A DNA stretch of 63,307 nucleotides, counting the filler, from Octopus bimaculoides (lineage: Eukaryota), in the NCBI RefSeq assembly GCF_001194135.2. It is 7 parts of 6 records of this genome, joined end to end, with 100 filler letters (N's around TTAATTAATTAA, not from the genome) between each part and the next. Parts side by side here need not be neighbours in the genome. Positions count along the whole stretch, not along the records: positions 31,164 to 46,565 come from NC_069005.1; positions 46,666 to 63,307 come from NC_068982.1; 5 more parts are not named here. One strand, written 5' to 3'. Made by a program: the position numbers and the translations under genes. Position 1 is the first letter of the stretch. Each line of letters opens with the position of its first letter. Below are positions 38,136-51,879 of the stretch, piece by piece. The notes beneath the pieces were generated by a model that saw only the letters and a list, made by a program, of their open reading frames with translations, searched no databases and was not told the origin of the DNA.

Positions 38136-38603
38136 CCCACCCATACATCTTCAACTATCCTGGGAGGACCATGGAAGTAACATCCTCAGAAACCTCCTTC
38201 ATAGGGTCCTATCAAAAAGAACCATCATGACACTTTCTGATTGGATTCCCAAGCATGACCAACTGAGACTAGGGATATTATTCAACCATCTCGTTCAACT
38301 CCTAGGTCTCCTGCCTGTTAGCTTAGTTAAAAAAAAAATCTGTCTTGTGATTCTTTCCTGCAACATTCTCATCACACACCCATAGTACTAGAACTGTGAC
38401 CCCCCCCCCCTCAATACAGAGAAGTAGCAACTCAACTTGGAAAAACTCCCTGATCTCCGAGCTACACACCCTGTCAAGTAATATTACTTCTGAGACTCTC
38501 CAGAGCAGTGGTTCTCAACGGGTGTCCATATGGCCTTTGGGAGTCCATATAAGATTCTGTCTTTACAATTTATGTGCAATAAATTGGTTATACTTCTTCA
38601 ATA

Positions 38604-38994
38604 GTGGAGGCGCAATGGCCCAGTGGTTAGGGCAGTGGTCTCGTGGTCATAGGATCGCGGTTTCGATTCCCAGACTGGGCGTTGTGAGTGTTTATTGAGC
38701 GAAAACACCTAAAGCTCCACGAGGCTCCGGCAGGGGATGGTGGTGAACCCTGCTGTACTCTTTCACCACAACTTTCTCTCACTCTTACTTCCTGTTTCTG
38801 TTATGCCTGTAATTCAAAGGGTCAGCCTTGTCCCACTCTGTGTCACGCTGAATATCCCCGAAAACTACGTTAAGGGTACACGTGTCTGTGGAGTGCTCAG
38901 CCACTTGCACGTTAATTTCACGAGCAGGCTGTTTCCGTTGATCGGATCAACTGGAACCCTCGACGTCGTAAGCGACAGAGTGCCAACAACAACA
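38604..38994 (+). mobile_element. Full-length tRNA-head SINE (family D) with 12-bp TSD and (CAA)n tail
   Basis: A box TGGCCCAGTGG, B box GGTTTCGATTCC. TSD ACTTCTTCAATA at 38592-603 and 38995-39006. Partial or older copies at ~40480-40745(-) and 46310-46490(+). Confidence 0.92.
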
Positions 38995-39059
38995 ACTTCT
39001 TCAATACACAAATTATTTTAACTTCTTTTCTCTTTGATTCAATTCCTAATAATATTTCA

Positions 39060-39525
39060 TTACAAAAATACAATAGGATTTTTAAAACATTGAATGGCTA
39101 TGGAGGTTCAGTAGAGTAAAATAGGAACCAAGGGATTGCACAGAGAAAAAATGGTTGAGGACCAACCACTGCTCCAGAGAAACCCCATTTCAGCTGCTTG
39201 TATTCATGATCGTACTCGTTTAGGTTATTACCTATCCTTCGTGACCATAGGCGAGGACGGGTATGGAAACCAAATGGCAAATAGCAAGTTTTGCTTTTTT
39301 GATACCAACCTCTCCTTTTCTGAGGACTGAATGCTGGAGCTGGGACGTCACTGTGCCAACACCTGCAATTCTAGCATCCGATTCAGCCCCTTGCTTCCCA
39401 TCTCTCAAGAATACAGCTCTGAGATACGTCTCCACTTGTCTCAGTGATGTCCCACTAACGTGCAGAGTGCTCTGGGAAAACTTTCTTAAGAAGACCAATG
39501 CCTCAGTCTTCACAACACTGATTCT
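39060..39525 (-). mobile_element. RTE-clade LINE RT fragment
   Basis: LHVSGTSLRQVETYLRAVF..DARIAG..KAKLAI..SIPVLAYGHE; a second piece of the same family lies at ~45770-45965. Confidence 0.75.
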
Positions 39526-41324
39526 CTAATCTTAGTTCAAGAAAGTAAGTTACACCATAAGAGAATGGCAATCATCAAGTGTAGACTGGTCTTAGCATAA
39601 GATGAGGGTACCATCAAAGGTAGACTAATACTACTTCATAAAAATAGGTTACACAATAAGAGATTGACAATAATGACGAACAGACTGGTTTTAATGCAAG
39701 AAGACAAGTCTTACTATAAAAACACTAGCTTTATCAATTTAATAAATTTAAACTGGCTCCAACTAAATGAAGAGAGATGATCAATAAAATGCAAAGAGAT
39801 GATCAATAAAACTTCAGTTGTGACACAGATGTTCGAGAGCTAAAATTATATTTAACTTGGTACCATGCCATTATAAGTTCTGTTTGTGATATGGCAGTTT
39901 TTGAGTGATTAGATATAGAAGGTTGAGAGGAAAGTGTGCATAAATTCACGGAGGTTAAGACAATCATAAACAGCTCAATGAGAACCGTGAACCCAAGAAC
40001 ACACAAGTTCATAACGTCAAATGTATGGGGGGGGGGGGCATGGCCAGGTACCATATTTTCTGACATGTGAGTTGAAATTTTCAAACGAAAATTTACAGCC
40101 AAAATAAAGATAGGTTAATTTATTCACCAAGGCAATTTTGGTAGACCAAAAATTCCATGTGAAATACAGCAGGGTTTGGTAAGATAGAGATGGTAATTGA
40201 ATACTTGTATTATAGAATACATCAATTTGTGTGCTGGAAAATTGCACCTTCAGGTGTTTTGTACCATTGACTTGAGTTGACCCAAAACTTGGGAGTGAAA
40301 TTGGGTAGCAAAATCTGTAGGGAAACTCCTCAAATAAATTAGACCTTTGATCCAAAGGGCCACAGATTCTGCCTGATGATTACATTATAGGTACTAGTAT
40401 CTGTGAAATACTCAGCCATTTACATATAATGCAATGAGTACATAGCTCCATTGTTGATCAGATGGCTAAAATACTCCATGTCAACTTATTGGGTTGCGAT
40501 GATGAGGGTTTCAGTTGATCCAATCAACGGAACAGCCAGCTTCTGAAGACAGAGACACAAATACCCTTAATGTGGTTTTCAGGGAGATTCAGTGTGACTC
40601 AGAATATGAAATACAGGTACAAATCTTTTCTGCCAGCTGAGTGAAATAAAGTGTCTTGCTCAAGGACACAATGTGCCACCAGGAATCAAACTCACAACCT
40701 TATGATCACGAACCAAATACCCTAATCAATAAGCCACTTGCCTTCACATGGAAGATAGGGCACATATATAAATACCTCTAATTACTAGAATAATTCCTGA
40801 GCCAAAGAGGTAGCCTCTATGTGGTCATAAGACATGCTAAATATAGCAGCCAATCATACCCAACTGATTTTAAAAAAAAGAAAGAGATTGGATAATGTAG
40901 AGTGGAATCCTTAATACCACTTCACTTACATACCCCTCCCTGTAACCTGAGGGTATGCTGTGACACCCCTTCTTCCCCGTCTTCTTTCTCTTTCCTTTTC
41001 CAACCAGGATAACCAAATATCTCTTCTCCTGCAAGACACCCGTTTCTATCCCTCTATCATACTCTAACCCTGCCCTCACCACCTGGCACAAAGCCACCTC
41101 CTTCAGTATCACTCCCACTTTTGTTGAGAGGGGTCTTGTCTTGCAAGTTACCAGGTGACCTCTCTGGTGCTGGTGCAACATAAAAAAAAACATCCAGTAC
41201 GCTCTGTAAAGGGGTTGGCATTAGGAAAGGGCATCCAGCCATAGAGACTGAGCAAAAGCAGACAACAGAGCTTGGTGCGGTCCACTAGCTTGTAAGCTCC
41301 TATCAAACCATCCAACCCATGCCA

Positions 41325-41355
<31 letters not shown>

Positions 41356-41657
41356 GTAAAATGATGTTGATGAAAGACAAGATGGTCATGCCTAGAATGT
41401 CACTGATCATAGATTAGCTTTAATCAACCTTCGGCTCAACAACGAGTATTACTTCTAATACGAACTGCTGTAACGACCACTTCCTATGACCACCAACCAC
41501 CACCACCACCATCAACATTATTAACGCTGCCACAACCATATAAAAGCTGGTCAGTTTTAACAACAACAAAAAGAAACCCAATTTCCTAATTTCAATCCCA
41601 TCTGCATTGAAAACAACAGCTTCAATTATTTAAACCACTAGCTATGTGTGGATACAT

Positions 41658-41695
<38 letters not shown>

Positions 41696-41696
41696 C

Positions 41697-41727
<31 letters not shown>

Positions 41728-41897
41728 ACATATACACTGACACACACATAAATATATACACAACTCATACATATATGCACACATGACACATGTCTATATA
41801 TGCATCGACAAACATTTCTGTATGCACACATGTATATATACATGACTAAATATGCACATATATCCATGTGTGTATGGGTATATAAAGTGCAAAGGAA

Positions 41898-41930
<33 letters not shown>

Positions 41931-42347
41931 CAAACATACATCCACACATACATAACATACATACATATACACACAACTGTAAAAGTGAGTATGAGTGTAG
42001 GTGTGCTGGAGTGGGTCGGGAGTTTGGCAAAAGAGAACTCAAAGAACAGTGACTAACAAAGCAATACTTATGTCTGGACTACCACCAGAAACCTCTGGTA
42101 CGGGGTAGGTGTGTAGCAGGGGGCAGAGACTCGGGAAGCAGGGGGGGGAGGCTTCCTAAAGTAACCGTTTTAGATAAAACTCTAAAAAGAACTATACTAA
42201 CACTATTAAAAGCATGGTGGGAATTGGCCAGAGTGCCAATTACATACACACATACAAATGTACATTTGTGCGTGTGTGTATGTAAGTAAGGATATAAATT
42301 AACCATAAATACATACAGACTTGTATGTATAGACAGATATATACATT

Positions 42348-42391
<44 letters not shown>

Positions 42392-43089
42392 TATAAACAA
42401 GGAGAATGGAGTAAGCAAGGCCTTTTATTATATGAATTTGCTATTGTTTCATCTGAATTCAGTCTCTTTCTTTGATAACCTGGACCTGTGGATGAGATTG
42501 ATAAGTTACACTCCAGAGTTAACACCCACAGGAAAAAAATATATTCATATGTACATACACATGCTACACATAAGCATATATATATATATATATATANNNN
42601 NNNNNNNNNNNNNNNNNNNNNNNNNNNNNNNNNNNNNNNNNNNNNNNNNNNNNNNNNNNNNNNNNNNNNNNNNNNNNNNNNNNNNNNNNNNNNNNNNNNN
42701 NNNNNNNNNNNNNNNNNNNNNNNNNNNNNNNNNNNNNNNNNNNNNNNNNNNNNNNNNNNNNNNNNNNNNNNNNNNNNNNNNNNNNNNNNNNNNNNNNNNN
42801 NNNNNNNNNNNNNNNNNNNNNNNNNNNNNNNNNNNNNNNNNNNNNNNNNNNNNNNNNNNNNNNNNNNNNNNNNNNNNNNNNNNNNNNNNNNNNNNNNNNN
42901 NNNNNNNNNNNNNNNNNNNNNNNNNNNNNNNNNNNNNNNNNNNNNNNNNNNNNNNNNNNNNNNNNNNNNNNNNNNNNNNNNNNNNNNNNNNNNNNNNNNN
43001 NNNNNNNNNNNNNNNNNNNNNNNNNNNNNNNNNNNNNNNNNNNNNNNNNNNNNNNNNNNNNNNNNNNNNNNNNNNNNNNNNNNNNNNNN

Positions 43090-43132
<43 letters not shown>

Positions 43133-43954
43133 TATAAATATATAAAACATCATGGGAAAGTGAATCTAAACTGATGAATATACAGTTTGTTTTATATACA
43201 ATAAACTGAATGGAATGAATTTATCTTTATACACATATTCACATGTTCATATACATACATATACACACACACATTTAAAATAATGACTGCTAATTAATTG
43301 CTAGAAAGATTAATTTCTAGAACCCCTTTCTCCTGCTCTTACACACAAGTGCTTGTGTATGTATGTTAACATCTACATATGTGCACACATATCTGTCCAT
43401 TATATGTGTGTGTGTACACATGCTCACACACACACACACACACATGCAGCCCTGTTTCTTTGTGGTCCATTTAAAATCCAGCTGGTTTTCAGTTACAACA
43501 CCATTGTCTCCCTCCATTGCACCTGTTTAGGCTTAGCTGTAAGTAACCCCTCCACTCTATCCGATCTCCCTTCATTATAATTAAGCTGTCTTTTGTTTGG
43601 TTTATTAACCATAAAACAATGGGGACAACAAATGATATTAACGATAAAAATTAGGCTTGTATTTGCGGTTAGAAGTTAGCTTCTCAACCACATGGCTCAA
43701 GGGTTCAGTCCCACTGCATGACACCTTGGGCAAGTGACTTCTACTATAGCCTCAGGTTAACCAAAGCCTTGTAAGTGGATTTGGTAGACAGAAACTGAAA
43801 GAAGCTTGTCATATATATGTATGCATACATGTGTGTGTGTGTGTGTGTGTGTGTGATTCTATGCTTGTCCCCATCACTTCACAACTGGTGTTGGTGTATT
43901 TATGTCCCTCATAACTAAGCAATTTGGCAAAAGAGACTGATAGAATAAGTACAA

Positions 43955-44189
43955 ATAAGGCGTCGAGCTGGCAGAATCGTTAACGCGTCGGGCAAAATGC
44001 TTAGCGGCATTTCGTCTGTCTTTACGTTCTGAGTTCAAATTCCGCCGAGGTCGACTTTGCCTTTCATCCTTTTGAGGTCGATAAATTAAGTACCAGTTAC
44101 GCATTGGGGTCGATGTAATCGACTTAATTCCTTTGTCTGTCCTTGTTTGTCCCCTCTATGTTTAGCCCCTTGTGGGCAATAAAGAAATA
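43955..44189 (+). mobile_element. SINE family B nested inside a SINE family C copy, 13-bp TSD
   Basis: TSD AGAATAAGTACAA at 43942-54 and 44190-202; family C sequence continues on both sides. Confidence 0.85.
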
Positions 44190-44524
44190 AGAATAAGTAC
44201 AATGCTTTAAAAAACATAAATACTGGTGTCATTGATACATTCAACTAAAAATTCTCCAAAGTAGTGCCCCAGCATGGCCACAGTCTAATGACTGAAACAA
44301 GTCAAAAGATACTGGAGTGTTACCCATCATATAAGTGAAGGTGCATAGGCCATTGGTTAAGCAGTTTGCTTCCATTCATGTGGCATAGAGGATCAAGCTT
44401 TTTTAGATCTGCTAGTAGCTTCTCGGTAGCACTAAAGCAACTTTTTTGCTGTGGTGGCACTGGCTTGCTTCCTGTTCTGCTGTTAATTCGAAACTCTCTG
44501 ACAGCCATAATGGGGAACAGTACA

Positions 44525-44690
44525 ATGGGATGCTGAAAAGATCCTGGCTTTAAGAGTATCACCAAAGGCCTGGATGGAAGCTCAACCTTCCAAGTTCTTT
44601 TACAGGGCTTGGAAAAACTTAAGGACTGCTGCAATAAGTGTGTGAATCTGAGAGGGGAATATGTTGCATAAAATCATAATTACCTTATCC
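44525..44690 (+). mobile_element. Mariner transposase C-terminal remnant
   Basis: AWMEAQPSKFF, then after a frameshift GLEKLKDCCNKCVNLRGEYVA*, matching the mariner end W..Q..FF..GI.KL..RW.KC...G.YVE. Confidence 0.65.
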
Positions 44691-44858
44691 CCCCTGTATT
44701 TTCTCTTACCCAAAGCCAGGCACTTTACAGCACCCCTTCTTAATTCAGATGACCGAGAAGAAATGTTTTCCATAGGAACAACATGGTTTCCTTTTTCTAT
44801 GTTCCGAATGATTTCAGAATCCAGCCAGTCAGTTACCTGCACATTGTAGCCATCTTGA

Positions 44859-45075
44859 CCCTTTAGCATTTAAACCGGCCATATCCAGCCCAAATATTCT
44901 ACCTGTTTTATGTTAAAAGTGACCGGATCTGGCTTCTCACACCTACCCTATGTCACTCAAAAAGTAAACAATCACATCATCGAAATCCAACAGCCATAAG
45001 ATAATACATGATTAATTGTAAACAGTATAGATAAATAAGTGTTACATCTGACACAGTAATCTGAATGCTGAAGGG
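44859..45075. mobile_element. piggyBac-type MITE (second family)
   Basis: TTGA|CCCTTTAGCATT ... AATGCTGAAGGG|TTAA. Confidence 0.78.
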
Positions 45076-45389
45076 TTAATAACATACGTGCAGAATGATG
45101 TGTCACCACTAATGCAGACTCCCAGGTCGTGCACTGACTCAGAGATTGCAATACACCCTGGTCTTGTGTACTCTGATTATAGTCTGTTTGTGAGCTGAAA
45201 CTGAAGTGCCCACTTAAAATACAGCCTTCAGATCTTTCTGTAATTTTGAGGTATCATCAAGAATCCCTGAGCTCAAGCTACGCATGTTGTTGAATAATAT
45301 TATTCCAGACACCCTTCAAAGGAACCCCCATCTTGGCCATTTGCATTCACAACCATACTCTTTTAGTCATTACCCAACATCCAGGACTG

Positions 45390-45690
45390 TTCATCATCAT
45401 CATCATTGTTTAACGTCCGCTTTCCATGCTGGCATGGTTTGGACGGTTTCACTGGGGACTGGTGAGCCAGATGGCTGCACCAGGCTCCAATCTGATCTGG
45501 CAGAGTTTCTACAGCTGGATGCCCTTCCTAATGCCAACCACTCCGTGAATGTAGTGGATGCTTTTACATGCCACCGGCACGAGGGCCAGTCAGGCGGTAC
45601 TGGCAACGGCCACACTCAACTGGTGTTTTTACGTGCCACCTGCACAGAAGCCAGTCCAGCGGCACTGGAAACACCCTCACTCGAATGCTG
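45390..45690 (-). mobile_element. SINE/LINE-tail repeat ending in (ATG)n
   Basis: GTTGGCATTAGGAA(A)GGGCATCCAG motif shared with 41150-41330(+). Confidence 0.55.
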
Positions 45691-46665
45691 TTTTTCACGG
45701 AAATGCAAACCAAACTGAAGACAGCGAGTTTTGGGTTTTTTGGGGTTATTTCCTTTTTAAACCAAACTTTCGCTTTCTGAGAATCAAATGCTGGAGTTAA
45801 TACGTCACTGTGCCAGCACCTCCAACTCTAGAATCCAATTCAACATCCTGCTTCTCATCACTTGTGAATATGGCTCCAAGATACTTTAAACTTCTCCACT
45901 CGTCTCAGTTATATGCAGCTAACGCACAAAGCAAACAGGGAAGACTTCCTTGAGAGGACCAATGTGTGGATGAATTAATCAAATCTCATTAAATTTAATT
46001 ATTAGTTTTTTTAGTGTTTTATGTTTCGAGAAAACCTCTGCCTTTCAATCTCAGTATTAAAGCTATGCATAGTACTGCTGTAGTACACGTGCTGTATACA
46101 TTTCTGCAACACCATTTTCTTTATGTGCTATAAAGGCAGAAGTAAATCTGTCTTCAACTCGGTCACACGTCTGTATTTGGCTTATTTTTTGTGTGTTTTA
46201 CGATATAAATGTTACCAACTGCCTACCTTGAGTTATTACTGACAGCGCATGCCTGGTGTGTATGCATTTGTGCCACTCAGATGGCAAAAATGAGCAGAAC
46301 CTGTATTTCAAAGGGCCAGTCTTATCATACTCTGTGTCACACTGAATCTCCCTGAGAACTACATTAAGGGTACACGTGTCTGTGGAGTGCTCAGCCACTT
46401 GCACGTTAATTTCACGAGCAGGCTGTTCCGTTGATCCGATCAACTGGAACACTCGACGTCGTAAGCGACGGAGTGCCAGCAACAACAACAACCGAACACT
46501 GTATCTGCCACTTCTTCAATGAATTTTTTAAAATCCTGGACTTATTTATATATATATATATATATNNNNNNNNNNNNNNNNNNNNNNNNNNNNNNNNNNN
46601 NNNNNNNNNTTAATTAATTAANNNNNNNNNNNNNNNNNNNNNNNNNNNNNNNNNNNNNNNNNNNN

Positions 46666-47025
46666 GAATCCATAGAGAAGATTGTCCCATTGCCCTCCTT
46701 TGGCCTGGAGGAGCAGGCAGTTTTTATTTGTCTCATCAAGTTTTTCAAGTTTCACTTGAAAAGGAAGTTGAGGCTGGAGAGAGAAGTGTTGCCTTCTAAC
46801 AAGTTTGTTGAAAGGTGGGTGAATGTTGGAAGAATAGCCAGTGTGAAAGGACCAATTCTGAGCATATACCTGTGAAGAACTGAAAGGAGTGTTCTATGTT
46901 GTTTAATTGTCGTTGTTATATAGTGTTTACACGTGGAAAACCCTTTGTACCGTTTTGTGTTGCCCTTTATGTTGTGGCATGTCCTTTAATGTTGCTTTAT
47001 GTAAGCCCGTGTGACTAATAAAAGA

Positions 47026-47060
<35 letters not shown>
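46666..47060 (+). mobile_element. 3' end of an L1/Tx1-type LINE with AATAAA and (TTA)n tail
   Basis: FFKFHLKRKLRLEREVL..FVERWVNV C-terminus, then a T-rich 3' UTR, AATAAAAG and (TTA)n. Confidence 0.55.
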
Positions 47061-47068
<8 letters not shown>

Positions 47069-49019
47069 AATAATATTATTATCATAAGGCGGCGAACTGG
47101 CAGAAATGTAAGCACGCCGGATGAAATGCTTAGCGGTATTTCGTCTGTCTTTACATTCTGAGTTCAAATTCCGCCGAGGTCGACTCTGCCTTTCATCCTT
47201 TCGAGGTCGATGAATTAAGTACCAGTTGCGTACTGAGGTCGATCTTATCGACTGGCCCCCTCCACAAAAATTTTGGGCCTTGTGCCTGGAGTAGAAAAGA
47301 TTATTATTATTATTATTATTAACATTAGAAAACATTCTTAGATTTTACTGAACATCAAAAGCTGCGACAAAGCTAAAAGACAGAACTCTCCTTTTCTTAG
47401 AAATGGAATTATTTATTCCCAAAGTGAAAAGTTGACATAATTGGCACTTGAATGCTTTACATTGATATAATGGTCGTGCATGTCCCAAATGAATAAATTG
47501 GGTCAATGGAAAAGATTTTAAGGGATAAACCTATATGTTCCTTTATTTTATTTTTGCTTTATGGGGAGTGGTTTCAACATATATAATTGTCGAATTCTTC
47601 ACTTTTATCGTCAAAGGTAAGAAGTTTCACGAATTTAATTTTCTATTACACGTTTTTTTTTCTCTCTGTGCTTCTATGATTCCTGCGAACCAAACATTTT
47701 CACATTTCTTTTGACATTCGCTTTCTCCCTGACTTTCTTTTTGTTTCTAACGGTATTTTAAATTTCCAATAGCAACATGAACTATGCAAAGTGAAAAGCA
47801 ATTTTTCTATCGATTTTCATGGGTATTTTCAATATCGAAACTGACTGATCACTGTTTGCTGGTGATTTCTTTAAAACATGACAGGCTATAAGAGGAAATT
47901 TCAATAAGGTTTCAATTGATTCTTACCACATATACTTCTTTTTTCTTTTTCATCTTTTTCTTTTTTCTTTTTTTCTTTTTTTGTTCAGTGAAGTAAATTG
48001 CTCATCGATATCAAATGTTTCATCTTTTAAACGTTTCTTTTTTGCCAACTAAATATGTTATCAAGTCTCTTCTGAGCACTTGTAAGTCAACTCAAAAGCT
48101 GAAATTAGTTACACCCTGAAACATTTGCCAACGACTATGAAAACAAAAAAATAAAAGTAAATAATCTATAAAATAGAATATGTACGACAAGGATTTATGG
48201 GTATGAGTTAAGTTTCTGTATATGAAGGACATAGGGGAATGTATTTGGCACAAGAAATATATTCCAGACCTGAGTATATCTTCATGGAAACATTTATATA
48301 CGTATACATAGACAGATGGGAAAATTAGATACATACAGCCATAGATAGATAGATAGATAGCTAGATAGATAGATAGATAGGATAGATAGATAGGTAGGTA
48401 GGTAGGTAAGGAGGGAGGGAGATAAATAGATAGAGAGATAGATAGATACATACATACATACATACATACATACATACATACATACATACATACATACATA
48501 CATACAAGCTTTAGACTCAAGTATTAAACTCTAAGTGCATTTTATCTCATAGCAGAAACAGTTGTATACTAATGGATTTCATAACGGAATCATTTCTTCC
48601 TTTGTCATTATTACTGTTCTTTAAGGCGGCGAGCTGGCAGAAACATTAGCACACCGGCCGAAATGCTTAGCAGTATCTCATCTGCCGTTACGTCCTCAGT
48701 TCAAATTCCACCGAGGTCGACTTTGCCTTTCAACCTTTCGGGGTCGATAAATTAAGTACCAGTTACGCACTGCGGTCGATGTAATCGATTTAATCCCTTT
48801 GTCTGCCTTTGTTTGTCCCCTCTATGTTTAGCCCCCTGTGGGAAATAAAGAAATAAGAAACTTTAGCTACGCCGGGCGAAATACTTAACGGTATTTTGTC
48901 TGCCGCTATGTTCTAAGTTCAAATTCCGCCGAGGTCGAATTTTCCTTTCATCCTTTCGAGGCGTATGTATGTATGTATGTATGTAATTACCAGTTACACA
49001 CTGTTATTTGGTATCAACT

Positions 49020-50210
49020 TTTCATCTGTACACTCTCCATTTATTTCTTTGTAGAATCTCTTCTGATCTACTCTGAATAACCTATCCTGCTGGTATCCCT
49101 TCATTCTTAGGTCGTATCTTACCATCTTTACTTTGCAACGTGGCGCTGTTTCAGTTCCTCCATTACTAATTTCAGGTCCTTTCTTTCAATATCATACTTC
49201 CTGTTCAGTGACCTGAATGCTTGTTCGCTTTTAAGCCTCCTCTTCTCTTTTCGGTCTAACACAGATATTTCCTTCGAGAGCATATCTAACCCTGCCTGTA
49301 TTCTTCTTTTTCACAATGGAACTTTTCCTTTGTCACTCTCATTATATTTCTTTTTCTTGACATCAACACTCACATTTTCTGCTATAATCAAATTATTTGT
49401 TTCCGTGATGCCTTTTTTTTTTTTTTTGTTCTGATGTATTTCAGAATTTCATTCACATTTTTCGTTTCTTGGTTCAATTTCCACCGGTCAACCTTTCTAA
49501 GGTTGCAAATTATGTCTCTATCATTCTCCTAGGGCCTTGCCTTTATTCGGTCGGAGATTGCCTTTTGCCTGTCTGTCATGTCACCATTAGTTTTATTGTC
49601 TTCTTCCAAACCATCTATATATCTCTCATCGAGCGAGCTATCACTGTTCCTTCCCTTTGCTTTATTAGAGATTTCACCTCTCTTTTCTTCTATGAGATTA
49701 CTTTTATCAGTAAGAACTCTATTTTCATCGTTTCCTCTGCTGTTGTTTTCTAATACCTGTCTTTTGATAATTTAGAGCTCTACTTCTGTGAACCAACGAT
49801 TTTTTTTTCTTATTGCTCTAGCAATTAATCACATAATCTCTGTTCCATGAGTTGAAACAATCCCTTTTCTTTCCAGTGATCATACATACCTTGTCGGCAT
49901 CCCCTAATATGAGCACCATTTTCGACTACGGCATTGATTTGTTTGTTCCATCTACGCCGTGTGTGCTGGTCCCTTTCTGGATATGGACAGGCTGGAGCCG
50001 GACCAGACTCTCTGAGCCTACCGGGTGTAACACTGTCACCAACATTGGCTTCAGTTTCATTACCACCGTTATTCACAATATTTTATTTTTTCATTGTCAC
50101 TCATGTAAGGTAGCGATTATCAGGTTCTGCAATTACCAGTGTTTCTCTTCTGACACCATCACTAGATGTCTCATCAATCAGAGTATAGGGAGATTCCAAC
50201 CGCTTCCTTT
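49020..50210 (-). mobile_element. R4/Dong-clade LINE, degenerate 5' part, abutting a (TAA)n tract
   Basis: TRRRWNKQIN..GCRQGMYDHWKEKGLFQLMEQRLCD ... RKYDIERKG..RYDLRMKGYQQDRLFRVDQKRFYKEI. Confidence 0.7.
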
Positions 50211-50211
50211 A

Positions 50212-50268
<57 letters not shown>

Positions 50269-51046
50269 CAATTAGGTAATCATTTAAACAATTAACTAAT
50301 TTATTGCTTGATTAATTGCTCGCTCAAACCATCAGTCAGCGAAATTTCTGAATTCTCTTTCCTTTCCATCCATGACCTCATCGATGATTGTCTCCTTTAA
50401 CATTTGAGTACACATGTATATAATCGAGCATTTTTTAAATCTTCGTATCCATACAGAACTTTGTAATTTTGAATAATTTTGTTTCTTAAAATTTATGTTT
50501 ACAGTGAAGTATATTATTGTTTTTCAATGCAGATGCTGTGTGTGCCTTCCTTACAAACTTAGAGACCCATAACATTGCGACACCAGTCACGAGTTTCCAC
50601 TTTTCCCACAGATTGAATAGAAGGATACGGGCGTCATGAAAGATGGTTGGGCTTACTTTTCAAAGAACTTCACTGTATTTGCTGAACTATTTTGCTTTTG
50701 AATGTAAATTCAAAATAATGTAAGCGTGTATGTGTGGGCATGTATGAATAATAGATTTTATTACTCTGCCCCTGATGTCAACCAATATCACAGCCATGAT
50801 TTAATCATATTAATAGTCAGCAACTGAGCTTAACGATACTTTAGTGGTGTTGCTCATAGAAACACTTTAAAATGGTTATTTTCTGATTTTATAAAACAAT
50901 ATAATTCATTTTATTTAACGGCAATAAAATAAAGTCCTCTTGAAAATACTTCAAGGCCAAAACATAACTCTTGTACTAGCATGATATGAAAATACAGTTC
51001 GTATCCGTGCGTGCTTGTGTGAGCCTATGCATATATGTGCGTGAGA

Positions 51047-51142
<96 letters not shown>

Positions 51143-51343
51143 GTATATATGTATATATACATATTTATATATATGTATATATACATATACATAAATATAT
51201 ATGTATGTATGAATATACATATGTATTATATAAATGCATATATATGTTTATATACATATATATACATGAATATATATAATATATATATATATAATATATA
51301 TATATAAATATACACATATACACACAATGACAATCACACACAC

Positions 51344-51392
<49 letters not shown>

Positions 51393-51879
51393 TAGACGTA
51401 TGCACATAAAAATAAAACAAGACATATAACTAACAGCAAATATTTCCTATATATTTTCAATGGATGCAGTGCCATGGCTCACACGCATGAACGGAACAGA
51501 TACATGATTATGTATACACATGATGCCGTTATCTTTAAACTTAAATACGACAGTTAAAAAACGTTACATAATTTATATATCTATGATTTTGCAACAGAAT
51601 ATTGGGGACAACCAGAAAGTTGTAAAATTCAAAAATATATCGATAGTTATCAATACAGTTATTTTTTTTGGGGGGGGGGCTTATTTTATAAGTGAAAAGC
51701 ATTTGCCTTTAGAACTTTCGTTAACCAACAATCCATTGAAACTGTTGACGATTGTCAGAAGGATACGTACAAAAACATGCCTCTTTCCACTTCGTAATGA
51801 TGAGTTCCTGTTGTTTGAAAATGTTTGCAATATTTTCTTGACTTGTTTGTTTTATTTGTCAAATTACAACAAAAGAAGA

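Noticed and set aside
38606-38680. tRNA-like A and B boxes (also 29145-29200 and 13440-13512)
   Set aside because: These are heads of SINEs with TSDs and a shared body; no complete cloverleaf is evident.
44320-44869. Protein-looking minus-strand ORFs 44320-44634 and 44600-44869
   Set aside because: They overlap a plus-strand mariner remnant, SINE pieces and a piggyBac MITE, so they are antisense read-through.
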